A stretch of 64,000 nucleotides of DNA from Cycas panzhihuaensis (Eukaryota > Plantae > Cycadophyta). The DNA lies in contig CM041465.1 in NCBI GenBank assembly GCA_023213395.1, positions 19,592,001 through 19,656,000 on the forward strand, written 5' to 3'. How positions within the stretch are numbered: the stretch's first letter is position 1; each line of letters starts with the position of its first letter. Made by a program: the position numbers and the translations under genes. This document shows positions 1 through 13,363 of this stretch, piece after piece. Under the pieces are notes generated by a model that searched no databases, was not told the DNA's origin, and worked only from the letters and a program-made list of their open reading frames with translations.

Positions 1-201
1 TTGTATAAATTTATATCAATAGTCACCTCATAAGTAGCATATCATTTCTCTTGAGCCTTTACATCATCTAATAATATATTTACATAGATATATGTATCTA
101 TCACATCTCTCAATGTATGTGATTAGTGGGATTAGGTATATGTCATGATTATTATATTAAGCATTACATATGTAATTAAATTACATATTCTAACATTAAA
201 A

Positions 202-590
202 GTGGTCCTTCTACTTCAAGTAAATATCCTATCTCTAAGGGGGTTGATAAAGGATTTCACTAATGAAGAGTGATGTTGCCAAATACACCTCTTAGATCTA
301 GAGGCCTTAGATTACATTCGCCTTATAGCATATCAAAAGAATATATCTTCTAAGGCTAAGGCTTAATAAGCCTATGATAAGCATTCATGGCATCAAAAAT
401 TTACCCTAAGAGATAAGGTCCTTAAGCTTGAATATTTATATAATCATCTCCAAAGTTTACACCTAAATAGGTAGGCTCATTTGTGGTCTTAGAGGATCTC
501 TCTAATAGTGCATATCAAATTGCCATCCTTAAAGGCCTCAAATTAGAGAAATTTATTAATGGGTAATTTCTTAAAAGCTCTTATAGCTGA
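202..590 (+). pseudogene. Decayed Ty3/gypsy (Tat/Ogre-like) integrase C-terminus
   Basis: Manual translation with stops and one frameshift gives VVLLLQVNILSLR...LLDLEALDYIRLIAY...AYDK...FTLRDKVL...PKFTPK*VGSFVV...SAYQI...ING*FLKSSY*. This follows the non-chromovirus pattern AVLPxEVxIPSLR...KFxPxWxGP(Y/F)...NxxxLKxY. Confidence 0.65.
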
Positions 591-605
591 AAATGTTACT
601 ATCCA

Positions 606-955
606 TGCTCCAAAATAAGCTTAAACTACCTTATGCTCTAAAATAAGCCTAAATTATAGATACTTCAAAATGAGCTTAAACCACCTTGTGGCTCTAAAAT
701 AAGATCAAACTACTATATGATATTAAATGAGCCTAAATTATGGATTGCTCTAAAATGAGCTTAAGCTTAAACTACCTTACGCTCTGAAATGAGCCTAAAC
801 TATGGATTATTTCCAAATGACCTTAAACTAACTTGTGCATCTAAAATGAGCTTAAACTACCTTATAGTTAGAAATGAACCTAAACTACCTTACACTCTAA
901 AATGAACTTAAATGAATCCTAAACTACCCATGCTCCACCAAGAGCTTAAACTAAG
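606..955. repeat. Degenerate tandem array, ~28-29 bp unit, ~12 copies
   Basis: Recurring AAATGAGC(T/C)TAAACTACCTTAyGCTCT-like unit directly downstream of the integrase stop. Confidence 0.85.
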
Positions 956-1447
956 TGCCCCTCTAAATTCTTGGTTGTTAAAGATGCTAGAATATGGTAG
1001 CCCAATCTTGGCAGGCACCACCCGAAATTTCCCTCTAAATCAATCATTGAAGAGGTTAAACTACGATGACTAAATCACTATAATAACCATGTCTATTATG
1101 GCATACTAATCTTCTATGCCTATTATGACACCATATGCTCTATTATGAGTAAATATCTCATTCCTTTGGGAAATCCCTAGGGGGTATTACACTACCCTAT
1201 GGGAATAAACTAGAACTTAAAGTATCACAATTATAAATTATCACTTGTTAATATCATTTTCAAAATAATAAAAAATTACAAAGATACAAAACCCATATAT
1301 GTGTATGTTTGCTAATATATGTACTTCATCTTACATGTGCATGACTAAGTAAAAGGTACATATATGATATTAAGAGCCCAAACACAATGGTAAAAATCTT
1401 ACATAGAGATATAAGCCACAATGTAGAAGCTCAAATTAGCATCCCCT

Positions 1448-1468
1448 ACACACACACACGCACACACA
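1448..1468. repeat. (CA)n microsatellite
   Basis: acacacacacacgcacacaca seen directly. Confidence 0.85.
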
Positions 1469-2639
1469 TGTAAAGCAAAATATGTATGTACATCATGATG
1501 AGAGAATTGGAGTCTTATTGACATTGTATAAAGAGATCAAAAGAGCAAGCAAATACACACACCCTAACCCTTATAGAGCCAACTTGTTTCTCCCAAAAGG
1601 AATTATGTAAATCATACAAAGTATGTAATGTGGATACCCCCCTCACCATCACTCAACTCTAGTTATCTCAGAGTTGTCAATAGGCTGCATCACTCAAGGG
1701 ATCTATGAGAGACCTATCCCACTTTCCTCATCTCTCTACCTTCTCTACTCTCCTCTCTACTTAGTGGTAGTGTGTATCCTTATTTAGGAATGGAATGATA
1801 TCTCCATCATCTACTCAATCAACCTCTCATAAGAAACATGCACTTAGTCTCTCTTTGATGTCATTGTATCTAGTTAGATGGTTATTGAGGCTAGTTGGAT
1901 CTATAAAATGGTAATTTGTGCCTCTACCCCTAGAACAACCTACAATGGAGGCACAACCACTAGTATTGTGGTTACTTATAGGGCCTAACCACCATGCCTA
2001 ACCATTTGTACCATCATAGTATATAGTTGGGCTATCATAACATCCCTTTCAACTATCATGGCATCTCTCTGGGAGAACCCTGATTGCAGCTCTACTCATT
2101 TTGTCCCTTAATTACTAGGACCTTGACCACTAGGGAAAATACTATTGTATGTGGTTGTATAAGTGTTGGCTTATAAGTATCTGGAATAGGAGGCTACCCC
2201 TTTGTATACACTATGCTAATAAGGAGCTTAGGATCTAGTGAGTAAAATCTAGAGTGAATCCCCCATCTATTACATAAAAATAATAACAAGATCAGTAACT
2301 ACAAGATATATTAAGCTAATAACTAAAATAAAAGCCAAACCAAACTATAATACTAAAATAAATAAGGATATATGTGGAGGAATACCATCATCATTACCCT
2401 CTTCATCATCTCCCTATCTAGGTCCCCCTGCCCAAGTGACACCACCTTTCGTTAACCCTTCCTTAGGTTCTATAACTATCATGATCTATCCTAGCTCTTC
2501 CTCATGTGTTGTCTTAATGATAGGTTATGTGGGTGCCTCAACTCTATCCCCATCACCTTCGTTTATAGACACTACCTCCTCCTCTATGTTAAAATCCCAA
2601 TATATAAGATGGGTGCAGGATTAATTATACTTGACGGGT

Positions 2640-3420
2640 AATGAAGGGGTTAAGAATGGTTGTTGAAGGAGATAGAATGGCTCTCACAGATGACGATAGA
2701 AGAATGACTGGGAGAGAATGGCTCCCACATTAATGATAGAAGAATGGCTCCCACGGTAGCAGCGCCAATAGCCAATAGAAGATAGACAAGCTTCAGTTTA
2801 TAGATGTAGAATTAGAGCAGAAGCTTGTAGAGAGGCGACAAACTTTTGGAAAACAGTCTAGAGAGTTGGATGAGGAGATCAACGTGCTCGTAGACCATAG
2901 ACTTACATCAACAAAGAAAAAAAAGGAATAGTGACAAAGGCTGCGGGAGAAAATGTCAGTGGTCACAAATGATTAAAATATAATGTGGCCAAAGATTTCA
3001 AAATGAATACCCAATACTCAGATTAAAGAACAGACAAACAGATTCAAAGACATAAATAGTAAATCTAAAGAAATGCCTTACAGAACAGCCATTAAACAAA
3101 AAATGGCCCTTTGAATATATTGATGAAGATATATTAAATAAATAACAAAATATATGTTTGTATTTAGAAAAAACACGAAGAACCTGGCAAACTCATTTGT
3201 AATGCTGAAGAACCTAGTAAACTGGTTTGCAATACTAGCTTCAAAGTGTGACAATGTCTTATACAATGGGCAAAATTCCAAACTGTTTTCTCCAATGAGC
3301 AGGTGTGCTTGGCAGGATCTCAACTAGTAGTCATATGTAGGTGTTTTGCTTAATATATAAGAAGCTAAATTGAATATTGGGCAAAATATCAGCATTAACT
3401 TGCTCTAATACCAAATGATG
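2640..3420 (-). mobile_element. Truncated LTR-retrotransposon fragment (LTR end + tRNA-iMet PBS + leader)
   Basis: 3402-3413 gctctaatacca is the reverse complement of TGGTATTAGAGC (one mismatch to the iMet PBS). On the - strand it is preceded by ...CATCA-TT. No gag or partner LTR was found, and the left boundary is approximate. Confidence 0.4.
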
Positions 3421-5567
3421 GAGCTGGAGGAGCTGAGCAAGACTTTATAATAAGAGCATTTTAAGTATAATGGTGATTTCTGATAGTTGGCGGTGTTGAA
3501 AAACACCTGGGAGGTATTCCCATCCCTTAAATAATGAATTTTAGGGAGGCATCGAGTGCCATCACCCTAGCTGCACATTAACCAATTTAAATTTAAAATA
3601 TATTAAAAAATTAACAATAATAAATGAAATACATTCCTCAAGAAAGTGTTGTTAGGTCCAGGCAGCTGTTGAGTAGTTCAAGGTGCCCTAGGGACCCTTG
3701 AAGGTGGCTTTGAGGGGCCCTAAGCGCTCAGGTGCTCTAACCACATTAGGATTATTCCCAACAAAAAATATGTTAGGGATAACACTATAGACATCCCTCT
3801 AACTAGAATAAATCATAAACTAGTAATATTATAATAAAAGTAGGAAATCAAATTTAAAAAAAAAAAGCTTCAATACTTTGCATCTCATAAAATTTTGTGT
3901 TTGTCTTATGGTAGATCATTTATACTATGAGGATCTTCATAATACCATAAAAATATAATTTTCATGGTATCATGGTAATTTGTAACTTTATAGTACTATG
4001 CCAAACTTCATGGTACTATGGTTTACCTTAGACCATATCCTATGAAGTTTTATGCAAATTATATTTTTAGGAATTTGATTAAAAAAACTAAAAATTGACA
4101 CTAGGACCAAATTCTAGTCCATTTAAAATGACTAGGGTATCAAATTTTCTAAATCTAGTCTTGATTATAGGTTCAATTAGATCTTGTTGAACAAAAAAAA
4201 CTAAAATTAAGGTAAACCCCCAAAATTTCTAGAAAACCTAAAAATACAAACAAAAAATCATTGAGAGGTTTAGGCCTACTGGATATGGTGGTTACTTGGC
4301 CATCTCGTAAATACATATCCAATGCCACCTACCATATATTAATTTAATTCCTTGTTTATCTACAGTAAGTTAGAGAATGATTATGATGAATAAGAACCTA
4401 ATGTAAAAAATTTTAACTTTGAATGTAAAAATGAAATAAAAAAATAATAGAAAACCCAATTTTTATAATCATACTAACTCAACTTTAAAGACTTAAAATT
4501 TTGCCCCATCTATCCCATTGGATCCTATTTTCTTCAAATTTTCATTTTGCATATTAATTTATGTCATTACCATAGCCTATTTTTCGTGCACTACATTACA
4601 AAATGCCTCCAAAAATGACCTTTAATCAACATCACTAATACATCATTAATGCACTTTGCATCACCAAAAATTACCTTAAGATAACTCTCTCCAAGCATAT
4701 TAGTGTTTATAATCTAGAGCCTTATTTTTTAGTGTTGAACTCACCTGTGACAGTTAGATAGGCTCTTTTTTCTAGGCAACCCTTAATGTCTTTTATGCAC
4801 TTCAACCCAATAGGGCCCTAAGGCATCCCCTCTTATGTATACGATTGTTTATAATCAAAAGTCTCAATTTTGAGGCACCTTCTCAAAGGCACTATCTATT
4901 GATAAGTACCCTATGTTGTTTAACATTTGCCCTCCATAGGCCCCATACTCATCACCTTTTCTTTAGGCTTTACTAAGTAATCCACTATCTTGTAGATAAT
5001 AGTTATTACCCATATATAACCCATAACTTAAGTAACTATTTACCAACCTAACTACATAATGCACTTCTATATAGTAAACCAATATAATCCCTATTGTAGT
5101 AGATAGTCCAATTTACTGTAGAAGTCTCTCAAAGGCTCCTTGTTCACTCATTTCCCAATCAAATGGTACTCAAAGATAGATCATACAAATGACCTTAGTT
5201 CCATTAGTGATTTAATATTTGTGTCCTTGTTTCTAGGTTCCTATGTGGTTCCACTTAGTTAAACAATGTTGTCATTTTTATGGTTAACTCAACCCCTCAT
5301 GAGTTTACTTATAATTACAACATCTTTTTATACCCAAAATAATATCAATGCTAATAGTATTCTAGAAAATGTCACATGATAGTTGTAGTTGTCTTGCCTT
5401 CCAAGGTTAACTTAAGACTTGTTTAGGTGTATCACTCAAAAAATGATTTCAATAATGTTTAGTTCATTAAGACCCTTGTCTAAACTATTGTACAATGTGA
5501 CTTCTTCTGCCATTTTAAAAATAAAACCCTCCCAAAGAAAAAGAACAAAGAGGCTATATTAAAAATA

Positions 5568-5602
5568 TGTGTGTGTGTGTATGCGTGTGTGTGTGTGTGT
5601 GT
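5568..5602. repeat. (GT)n microsatellite
   Basis: Interrupted (TG)n run seen directly. Confidence 0.9.
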
Positions 5603-8600
5603 AAAATAAAAATGTTTTATATCTACCACCTTCTTAGCATATAGGGCAAGTTATATATTGATCTCATCCCCACCTATAATGCATAGTTTTGATCTAGATG
5701 TATGGGTTATTCAAGACCTTCGAATCCAATTATTTGGGTCTATTATGGACTCAATCATAATCAAAACCTAATTGAGATCTAAGAGGGTGCCACTATAATT
5801 TTGGAAATTTATCATGACAATGATAGACAACCACTTATGGGATCCACTTCTAACCTATTTGATAGTTGAGTTAAGTCTATAAATTTGGAACCGAATCATG
5901 TTGATTAATTATTACCCTATTACCTTCATTTATCAAGCTCTCTTTGAGTCACCATTGCATTCCCCATGGTATTTCTCATTCACACTAATGGGGGAAGTGG
6001 TGGGAACCCTATCCTTCTATTATAACTTGGACCATATGAGACCAAGCATGCCATGTCCTAACCCATGCTAGAATCTAACTTATATTAGATACCAATAATA
6101 CTATTCAATATATTGTTATCCCTGAAGCTCTTATTGATGTACTATAAGTCCACCATGATCCTATCTCACTATTCTCTAACTCTCAACTTATTGTTTATTA
6201 TCACATCTAAGTTTACCAAGTTTGTTACCCTCAATTACAAGCTCTTTCTAACTTAGCTAGGTCACTCTTATCCCAATTCTTGTTTGTTATAATATAACAC
6301 ATTCCACTAGGATAAAATATTAAAAAATATAGTTTAGTTGCCTTCATTCTTAAGTTCTACTTACCATAAATGGGAATTCTTTGTCAAGGTTTCTGAGCCC
6401 ATTCATGAAGTTGAGTCTATAAGCTAGCTTCTTCATTAATTCCCATTGAGTCTTTGAAATAAAGGTAAACTATTTGGTACTTTAATACAAATCTAAACTA
6501 CCACTATTACTCTAAAATAAGTACAAATTACTTGATGCTCTATCATAAGCTTAAACTTCCTTATAAATATTTATATATCAACCCTATTGGGGCTTTTCAA
6601 AAGGGGAAACCCCCTATCATCATCCTTAGTTTGGTCCCTTCCTTATTGTATGTCTTTAATTTCCACATCTTCCCTAGTTTATGTGCTTTTCTAAAAAAAA
6701 AAATATTAAATCATAAATTAAATTAAAAATCTTAAAATAATCTAAAATCATAAGAATCTGAAAAGAAAAAATAGAAAACTAAAAACAACCAAAATATTAG
6801 CCTTTACTTCTAAGTTGAGCTAAAAAATCCTTACCTCTAAGGGGTACTTATTGAAGAGGTTAAAGTATGGTGGCAACCTTAGCTTTAAGACAAGCTTAAA
6901 TAAAACCTCCTCTTAAGGACACTAATTGACAAGGCTAAATTAGAATGGCAACCCTTGACTTTTGAACCCAACATCCTTTGGCCATTGAGGTAATCCCTTA
7001 GGTGCTTAATATTACTCCAAAAATTATAACTAATGATAATAAACTATGGTAAACCTTTTGTGTTTGTTTGGGTTTCACCAAGTTTCTAAGCTCATTATGG
7101 CGGATTGGATTATAGAGCCAATATCCACCTTATTCAATATACCTTCAAAGTTCTTATTAATGAGGTTAAACTAGGAGAAACATTCTTTAAACACCTACTA
7201 AGGAGGTTAAACTATAGTAGATTAACTTCCCTTATCATTTTAATAGGTGAATGGATAGTTTATGTAGGGCTTTACTGATAATATTTACAAACTTATAATA
7301 CAGGTCTAAAGAGTTATATAACTAGGGGAGTAAGTGTTTCATAAAACTTAAGAAGTCTCCATTCATCCCAACATATATAAGCAAATGTATATGCTTCTTT
7401 CTTTATTTCAATTTAGATATTGACTTCTTATAAACATATATGCTAATTTTTTTATGTTGTCTTGATAGATGGGTATATATGTTTTCAATCAATGATGAGT
7501 ATGACTATGGTTAGTGGGAAAATAAGTTATCCACTTAAGCTTGATGAATCATAGAATGACTTTTAAGTACCTCTACAAATACTTGCCTTTCTTCTTTCTC
7601 TATTTGTAGTTTTCTCCTATTATCATACTCCTTTAGGCACTTTTATTATTAAAACAAATATTTTTCTATGTATTTTCATCCCTCTTGCTATGATAAATAC
7701 TAGTCCAAATCTGATTTTCGACTATCCACTATTGAAATATATTTTTCTTGTACTATTTTTAGCTTCTAGAAAATTTTATGGTACCACAAAGTTTACCACG
7801 GCATCAAGAAGTTCTAAACTTTATAGTACCATTGAGAACTTCATAGGATGATAATAGGTAAACTATAAAAGGGTCTCATGCATTTAATATATAATTAATA
7901 TGCCTAGTTATGCTTTTGACATTTGCATTATTAAAAATCTTAGGGGAATCTATTGTTTCCTTCCCAAAGACCTACTCACTAATGTCTTGTCATCAAGATT
8001 GAGCTAAATCCATGGGCAATTTATTTATAGTTTTGCCCAATGGTTTGGTTTTAAACCATGGGCCCAATACCACGTTATTTCACCTCACAACATCTATAAA
8101 ATCTCTCCCATTTTTACATATTAGGGGCGGTAAAATTTTATAGAGTTATATTGCTAGAATTTCCATAGACTTTCATTACTTCTTCACACTTTCTTATTGG
8201 CTTCCACCTTTGGCTTAGAAATTGGAGGTGTTTTATATTTGGAGATATCTATGATTAAAGTTATATTTCAAGAACATCCCTCTTTAGTTCAGAGTTAAGG
8301 CAATACCTCCTACATTATTTATATTCCTATTTCATTTCCAATTATTATTTGATTTTAATTTCTTAACTATTTAATATTGTATTACTTATTTTGTCTTTTG
8401 TATGCCCTATATACCTTGTTATTCTCTTAGTTAGGAGTGTCTTGTAGGGAGAATAGAGATTGACTAGTGTTCATTAAGCTCAAAATGTAGTGGCAACCCT
8501 ACCAATTCCAAGACACCATTCACTACATCTTGTTATTAGCTTCAAATTGTTACTTTCATGTCAATTTATAGTTATTTTTAATTGGTGAAATTTTAAAGTT

Positions 8601-10949
8601 TTATTATAAATGCTAACTTGGTAGTGGTAGAGCACTTTAATCCACTTTCTTATAGGTTGGAGGCTTTGAAAGTGAGTTGAAAACTCCCTCTTCCTCTCCC
8701 ATTCCTCCCACAATCTATTAGTTTCTATTGTGCAACTGAAATATTACCCAAATTCTTCTAGCATCATCAAAATGTATGACTCTAAAAAGTTTGTTTTAAG
8801 CTTATTTTCAAGTATTTCAAGTTATAGCATAAACTTTTTTTGTCATAAGTTGATCTAGCAAGTGGAAATTCTATTAAATTTTCTCTCAAAATTATGAATA
8901 TATGCATGTTATCAACATTAATTATTACTCCGTTAGTGGGATTACATCGTGAGGCTTTATATTTCCCAAAAAGGATTTGGTAAAGACATTCAAAGTAAAA
9001 TTCTAAATATTCTCCTTCGAACCCCCCTTTCATAGGTTTCATTTTTTAAAATGAAAAATCCTAAAAGTATAATTTTAATTATAAATTTTATTTGAAAAGT
9101 AAAAAAAATAAAGAATGCTTGCCTATATATTTGTTATATTTACCTGCTCCTCTCTCTACTTTTCATGTAACTAGCTTCTTTTATAAAGAAAAAGAAAGAA
9201 CTTAAATATAATCTAAAAAGAGAAGAAAATAAACTTACAAATTCATTTTTGCATTTATATTCTTCTTACGATCGTGTACACAACAAAGGCCAAATGGATT
9301 AAAGGTTTGTATTTACTGCGAGTCCCTAAATTTATCGAGTCAAAAGAATTTTTCTAGATTAGTTTTATTTAGATATTTTCATTCAACTAAAAGAGCATTT
9401 TAGTTATTGATTGCATCTTATAATTCTATTTTAGGATAGGTTTGTTCTTCCATAAAAGAGAAAGGACCACTACTCGTCTACTCAAGTTTTATCTCCAAAT
9501 GAGAGAGGTAGTCTTATGCCTTTAAGTGGATCAAGTCCTTCAATCTATATTTTAAACGATCTATGGAAGGCATTTATCTTTATCAACTACTCACATATGT
9601 AGTATTGATAGATAAATGAACTCCATATATCCTATTGAGAGTAATGACCTCTTCTATTTCACCTCTTAAAGCTTGAGGTTTATTAGAGTTAGATATAGTT
9701 GTTGTTTAGTCACCTTACATTTATTATAAGATGGATCATTAGATTCGATAACTCCCTACTATTTTATCCATGAGAAGATACATCCTATGGCCCTAACTCC
9801 TCTAAGCCTCTTACTCTAGTTAGTATTTTCCTATATTTCTTTATCAAGTCTATCGTTTTAGGGTTATTTAGGAGTTTGTGTTATGATAGGTTAGTTCATC
9901 TTAGGTGCATTAGTTATGAAAGGTTAAGCATGTAGACACAATTATATTTAGGGCTCATATGCCCTAGTGAGACCCCCATATTCTAAGGGCCCTTTTTATT
10001 AGGTTTTGTTTGGTCCATATAGGGGCACTTACTACTAGATAAATTGATTTTATTTCTATTCTTCTAATTAGTTAGTAGTTTACTTTTGATCTATTTTCAT
10101 ATATGTTTATTTCTTCATGTATTTCCATACATCATTTACCTATTAACTAGTGATTTATTACTTTCTCTTAAGGTCATTTCCCCTTTATTTTCCTTTTAGC
10201 ATCTACACACACCTACATGTTGTCCCTTAGTCTATAATTTAGTTGTATTTTGTTCCTACACTCGTGTCCATGAGATGCATAAGTACCTCATAAGAGCCAT
10301 AGGATTCTTTCCCTCTCATATTAGATCCCCATTGTCCCTCAAGTTTATCTTTGGGTTATACATTTATACCTCCCCTCTTGCATATTAACATTTAGATTAT
10401 AAGGCTAGACACTTTTTAATCACATCCCTCATAGCTTATGGATTCTAATTTCAATACCTCAAAATGAACTTAGGGCCTAAGGGCATTGGTAAAAGGATCA
10501 AAAAATAGGATGTCATCTAAAGGGCTCTAGCATGCATGGACTAGATCTCAGAAATATTGTATAAAATCTCAATCGAACTCTTTAATGCCTTACCTAGTCA
10601 AAAAAAGGACCTTTTCCCATATCTCAAAAGGATATGCTACATCAAAGTATCCAATAAAACTATTAACCAACTACTAAAAAGTAAAGACTAAAGTATTTGG
10701 TAGCCTATAAAACCATTTAAACACTATGCCTTGTAATGTCTTGGTGAATAATCTTATCATTATGGCCTTGTAAGGTATATAATCTATGTATATAAGGGTA
10801 AAAGCTTACATGCTTCCTATAAGATCTTGCCTAAACTCCCCACTAAACTTCAAACGTTCTAGCAAGTGTATGCTCAGAGGAAGAGTACATAGGAGAATTA
10901 CTAGAAAATGAGTTCCTCTTATAATCTATAAATGGTTTCATTATAGTCA

Positions 10950-11900
10950 TGGGAGGAATTGCATGGTAAATAGTTAGTTAAGCCATAGGGATACCTCTAT
11001 AAGCCAAGTTCTATTGAGGAGGTACCTATGATATCTTTGGGACCCCTTGATATGGCCACATGGGTTGGTATGAAGGATTTGCCCCTTATAAAGGAGCAAT
11101 GCTAGATTATTGGTAAGTAGGCTGAATATTCTAGGTGGGTTGCAATAGTTGATTATAATCATAATAACTAAGCTAAAAGACTAAGATTAATTCTACCATG
11201 GAAGAATTAAACTACCCATTTTGGGTACTCCAACTAGGAGTTTAAGTGTAATACCTAACTTGACTAGGCTAAATTTGATAAAATTTGGCAAGAGGGATAA
11301 ATGTAGGATGAACTAGTGGTAGTTGGGGCCTAGTATAACAATGTAGTACCATAGGCTCAATAGAAAAAGAGCTGTGTGAGGGAGGCACTTATATTGATAC
11401 CCCTATATAAGCTTGTATGGTAAGTGGATCATTAGTAGGTATTGTATGATATGTATCACCCATCAAATGAAGGATAGGATTACACCCATAAGGAGGACCT
11501 ACATAGGCCCCTTCAATAAAAGGCATAACCTATGGGTCAATTATATAATTTATTCGTATAGTTCCTCTATAACTGAATGGATTTATCCTTAAAGGATAGT
11601 GCATAGGTTGAGGTAATCCCCTAATGAAATAATGTATAGAACTCCATAAAATAGTATCTATATAAGTAATAAATTAAGCTGCCACTTCCAAACAAGTTGA
11701 GCATAGATAAGCATGTTGTGAGGTTGGTTGAGATGGGCCATGGTTTAATGAAGAATGATATCTTAGCATTTTGATAAAAGGATTCTAAAATGTATGCCCC
11801 TTAATAAGAGGTGGATTTTTAGTGCACTTAAAAAAATGCTTTATCTTCACTAGATGAGAAGGTAGGCATAAAAATTATTGGATAACTGACCCAGTAGCAT
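10950..11900 (+). pseudogene. Possible decayed Ogre-type extra ORF (PMD/ORF1-like)
   Basis: Near 11005-11100, VLLRRYL*YLWDP...(frameshift)GMKDLPLIKEQ resembles the FWDPxxxxFxFGxxDLxPTIEEY motif of Ogre ORF1/plant mobile domain. A GPW..F..VCPL-like stretch occurs near 11730-11800. Very degenerate; boundaries approximate. Confidence 0.3.
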
Positions 11901-13363
11901 AAAAGGGATCCCATGATGAATCTAATTAAAAGAGTGAGGTTAATCCTAAGTTAACCCTAATTTCATAATGATGTTAAGGCATGTTAAAGGAATCTATAAG
12001 AGAAGGAGATGACCTCCTATATAGTGAGAGGCCTTACTATCTCTAAGAATGCCTCAAAGGATGAGAGCTTGAAATATTCATATTCGAATAAAAAAGGCCC
12101 AAGATTACTCAAGAAGTCTCAAATATTTTAGTAGCACAACATCTATATGATCAAGAAATTTTGAAGTAAATGAATATGATGAACTTTCCTATTAAAATCT
12201 TATAAAATCTAGTAGCACAATGATTACACACCAAAAGAATCTAAAAAATAGAAAGAAAAGAGACTAATATACAAGATAAAGACTCAACTCTAAGCCAGGT
12301 AAGCCTAGCAACTCCCTAGTATGGTCATCGATGATATTTCTCATGAAGGAGAGGGGCCTTGTAAGGTGCCCAAGCAATCTAAAGGAAACCACCAATAGCC
12401 TCCCTTGAAAGGGAGGTATAGGCATGTGTATATGTGAAATTAATTGAGAGATATTAAATATGGAATGATGACTAGAATAATAAATAAGTGGGTCAATCAA
12501 ATCTAACTAACCAAATAAGTAACATAAAAGAAAATAAATAATATAAATTATTTTCTAATCATAATCCTAAGTACTAGACACAAAGAGAGGTGGATTGGTC
12601 AAATTGAGAATGAGAAAGTTAATCATAGGTGACACGCGATCTAGTGGCTAAATTATTAGGGACTCCTACCAATAGAGGTTGCATGTACCCAACTATCTCA
12701 TATAGAGTTCAAATGCAAACTTGAAACCAACTTCTCCTAAGGCCTAAGACCAATATGTTAGCATTGTAAATTGATCCCTTCCCTAAGAGAAGTAGATCTT
12801 CGAAAAGAACAATAAAGGAAAGCTTAATCAAGGGTGTAAGGCAGTCATCTATTCTCTAAATCGTATATGATTTAGAGAATAACCCTCCCCTCCTAGAAGC
12901 AAAAATAGTCTAAGAAAAAGAAGTGCAAAAATGAAATAAAAGAAGAGTATGATTTTGAAATAAAATAAGCAATAACTACTAATTTAACCAACAAATCAAA
13001 CAGATAAAATTATCTATTTAACCAATTACGTAATACACACAAACTAAAATGATATAATATTTGAAGCTATAGTTATAATTAACTCTAGATTAAGCTAAAT
13101 CAAATTGAATCTTCTCTCCAAAGCAACAAATAAGCAAGTAATCAAACAAACAAGAAAAAGATAGGAAAGGTAGAGAGTATAGATACTAAAGATCATTTCA
13201 CACTAGGGTTAAGCTATCAGTCTATATTAGTGCCTCTAATCTTGAATATATCACTCCTCCTTCTCATCAAGCAAATGCATGATTAAGGCATAAAAAACAT
13301 AGATAAATGAGATAATTAAGGAAGTGAAAGTAAGACAAGAAACTAAAAAAACCAATTGATAAT

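Noticed and set aside
606-955. CRISPR-like regularly spaced repeats
   Set aside because: Contiguous degenerate monomers without unique spacers, in a eukaryotic TE context with no cas genes.
3480-3750. Possible hAT/MITE-like element with GC-rich subterminal motifs
   Set aside because: Could not identify TIRs or a TSD.
4700-6700. Possible Tat/Ogre protease-to-integrase traces on the + strand (e.g. ..SIDKYPMLFNICP)
   Set aside because: Too degenerate to support by eye; needs a profile search.
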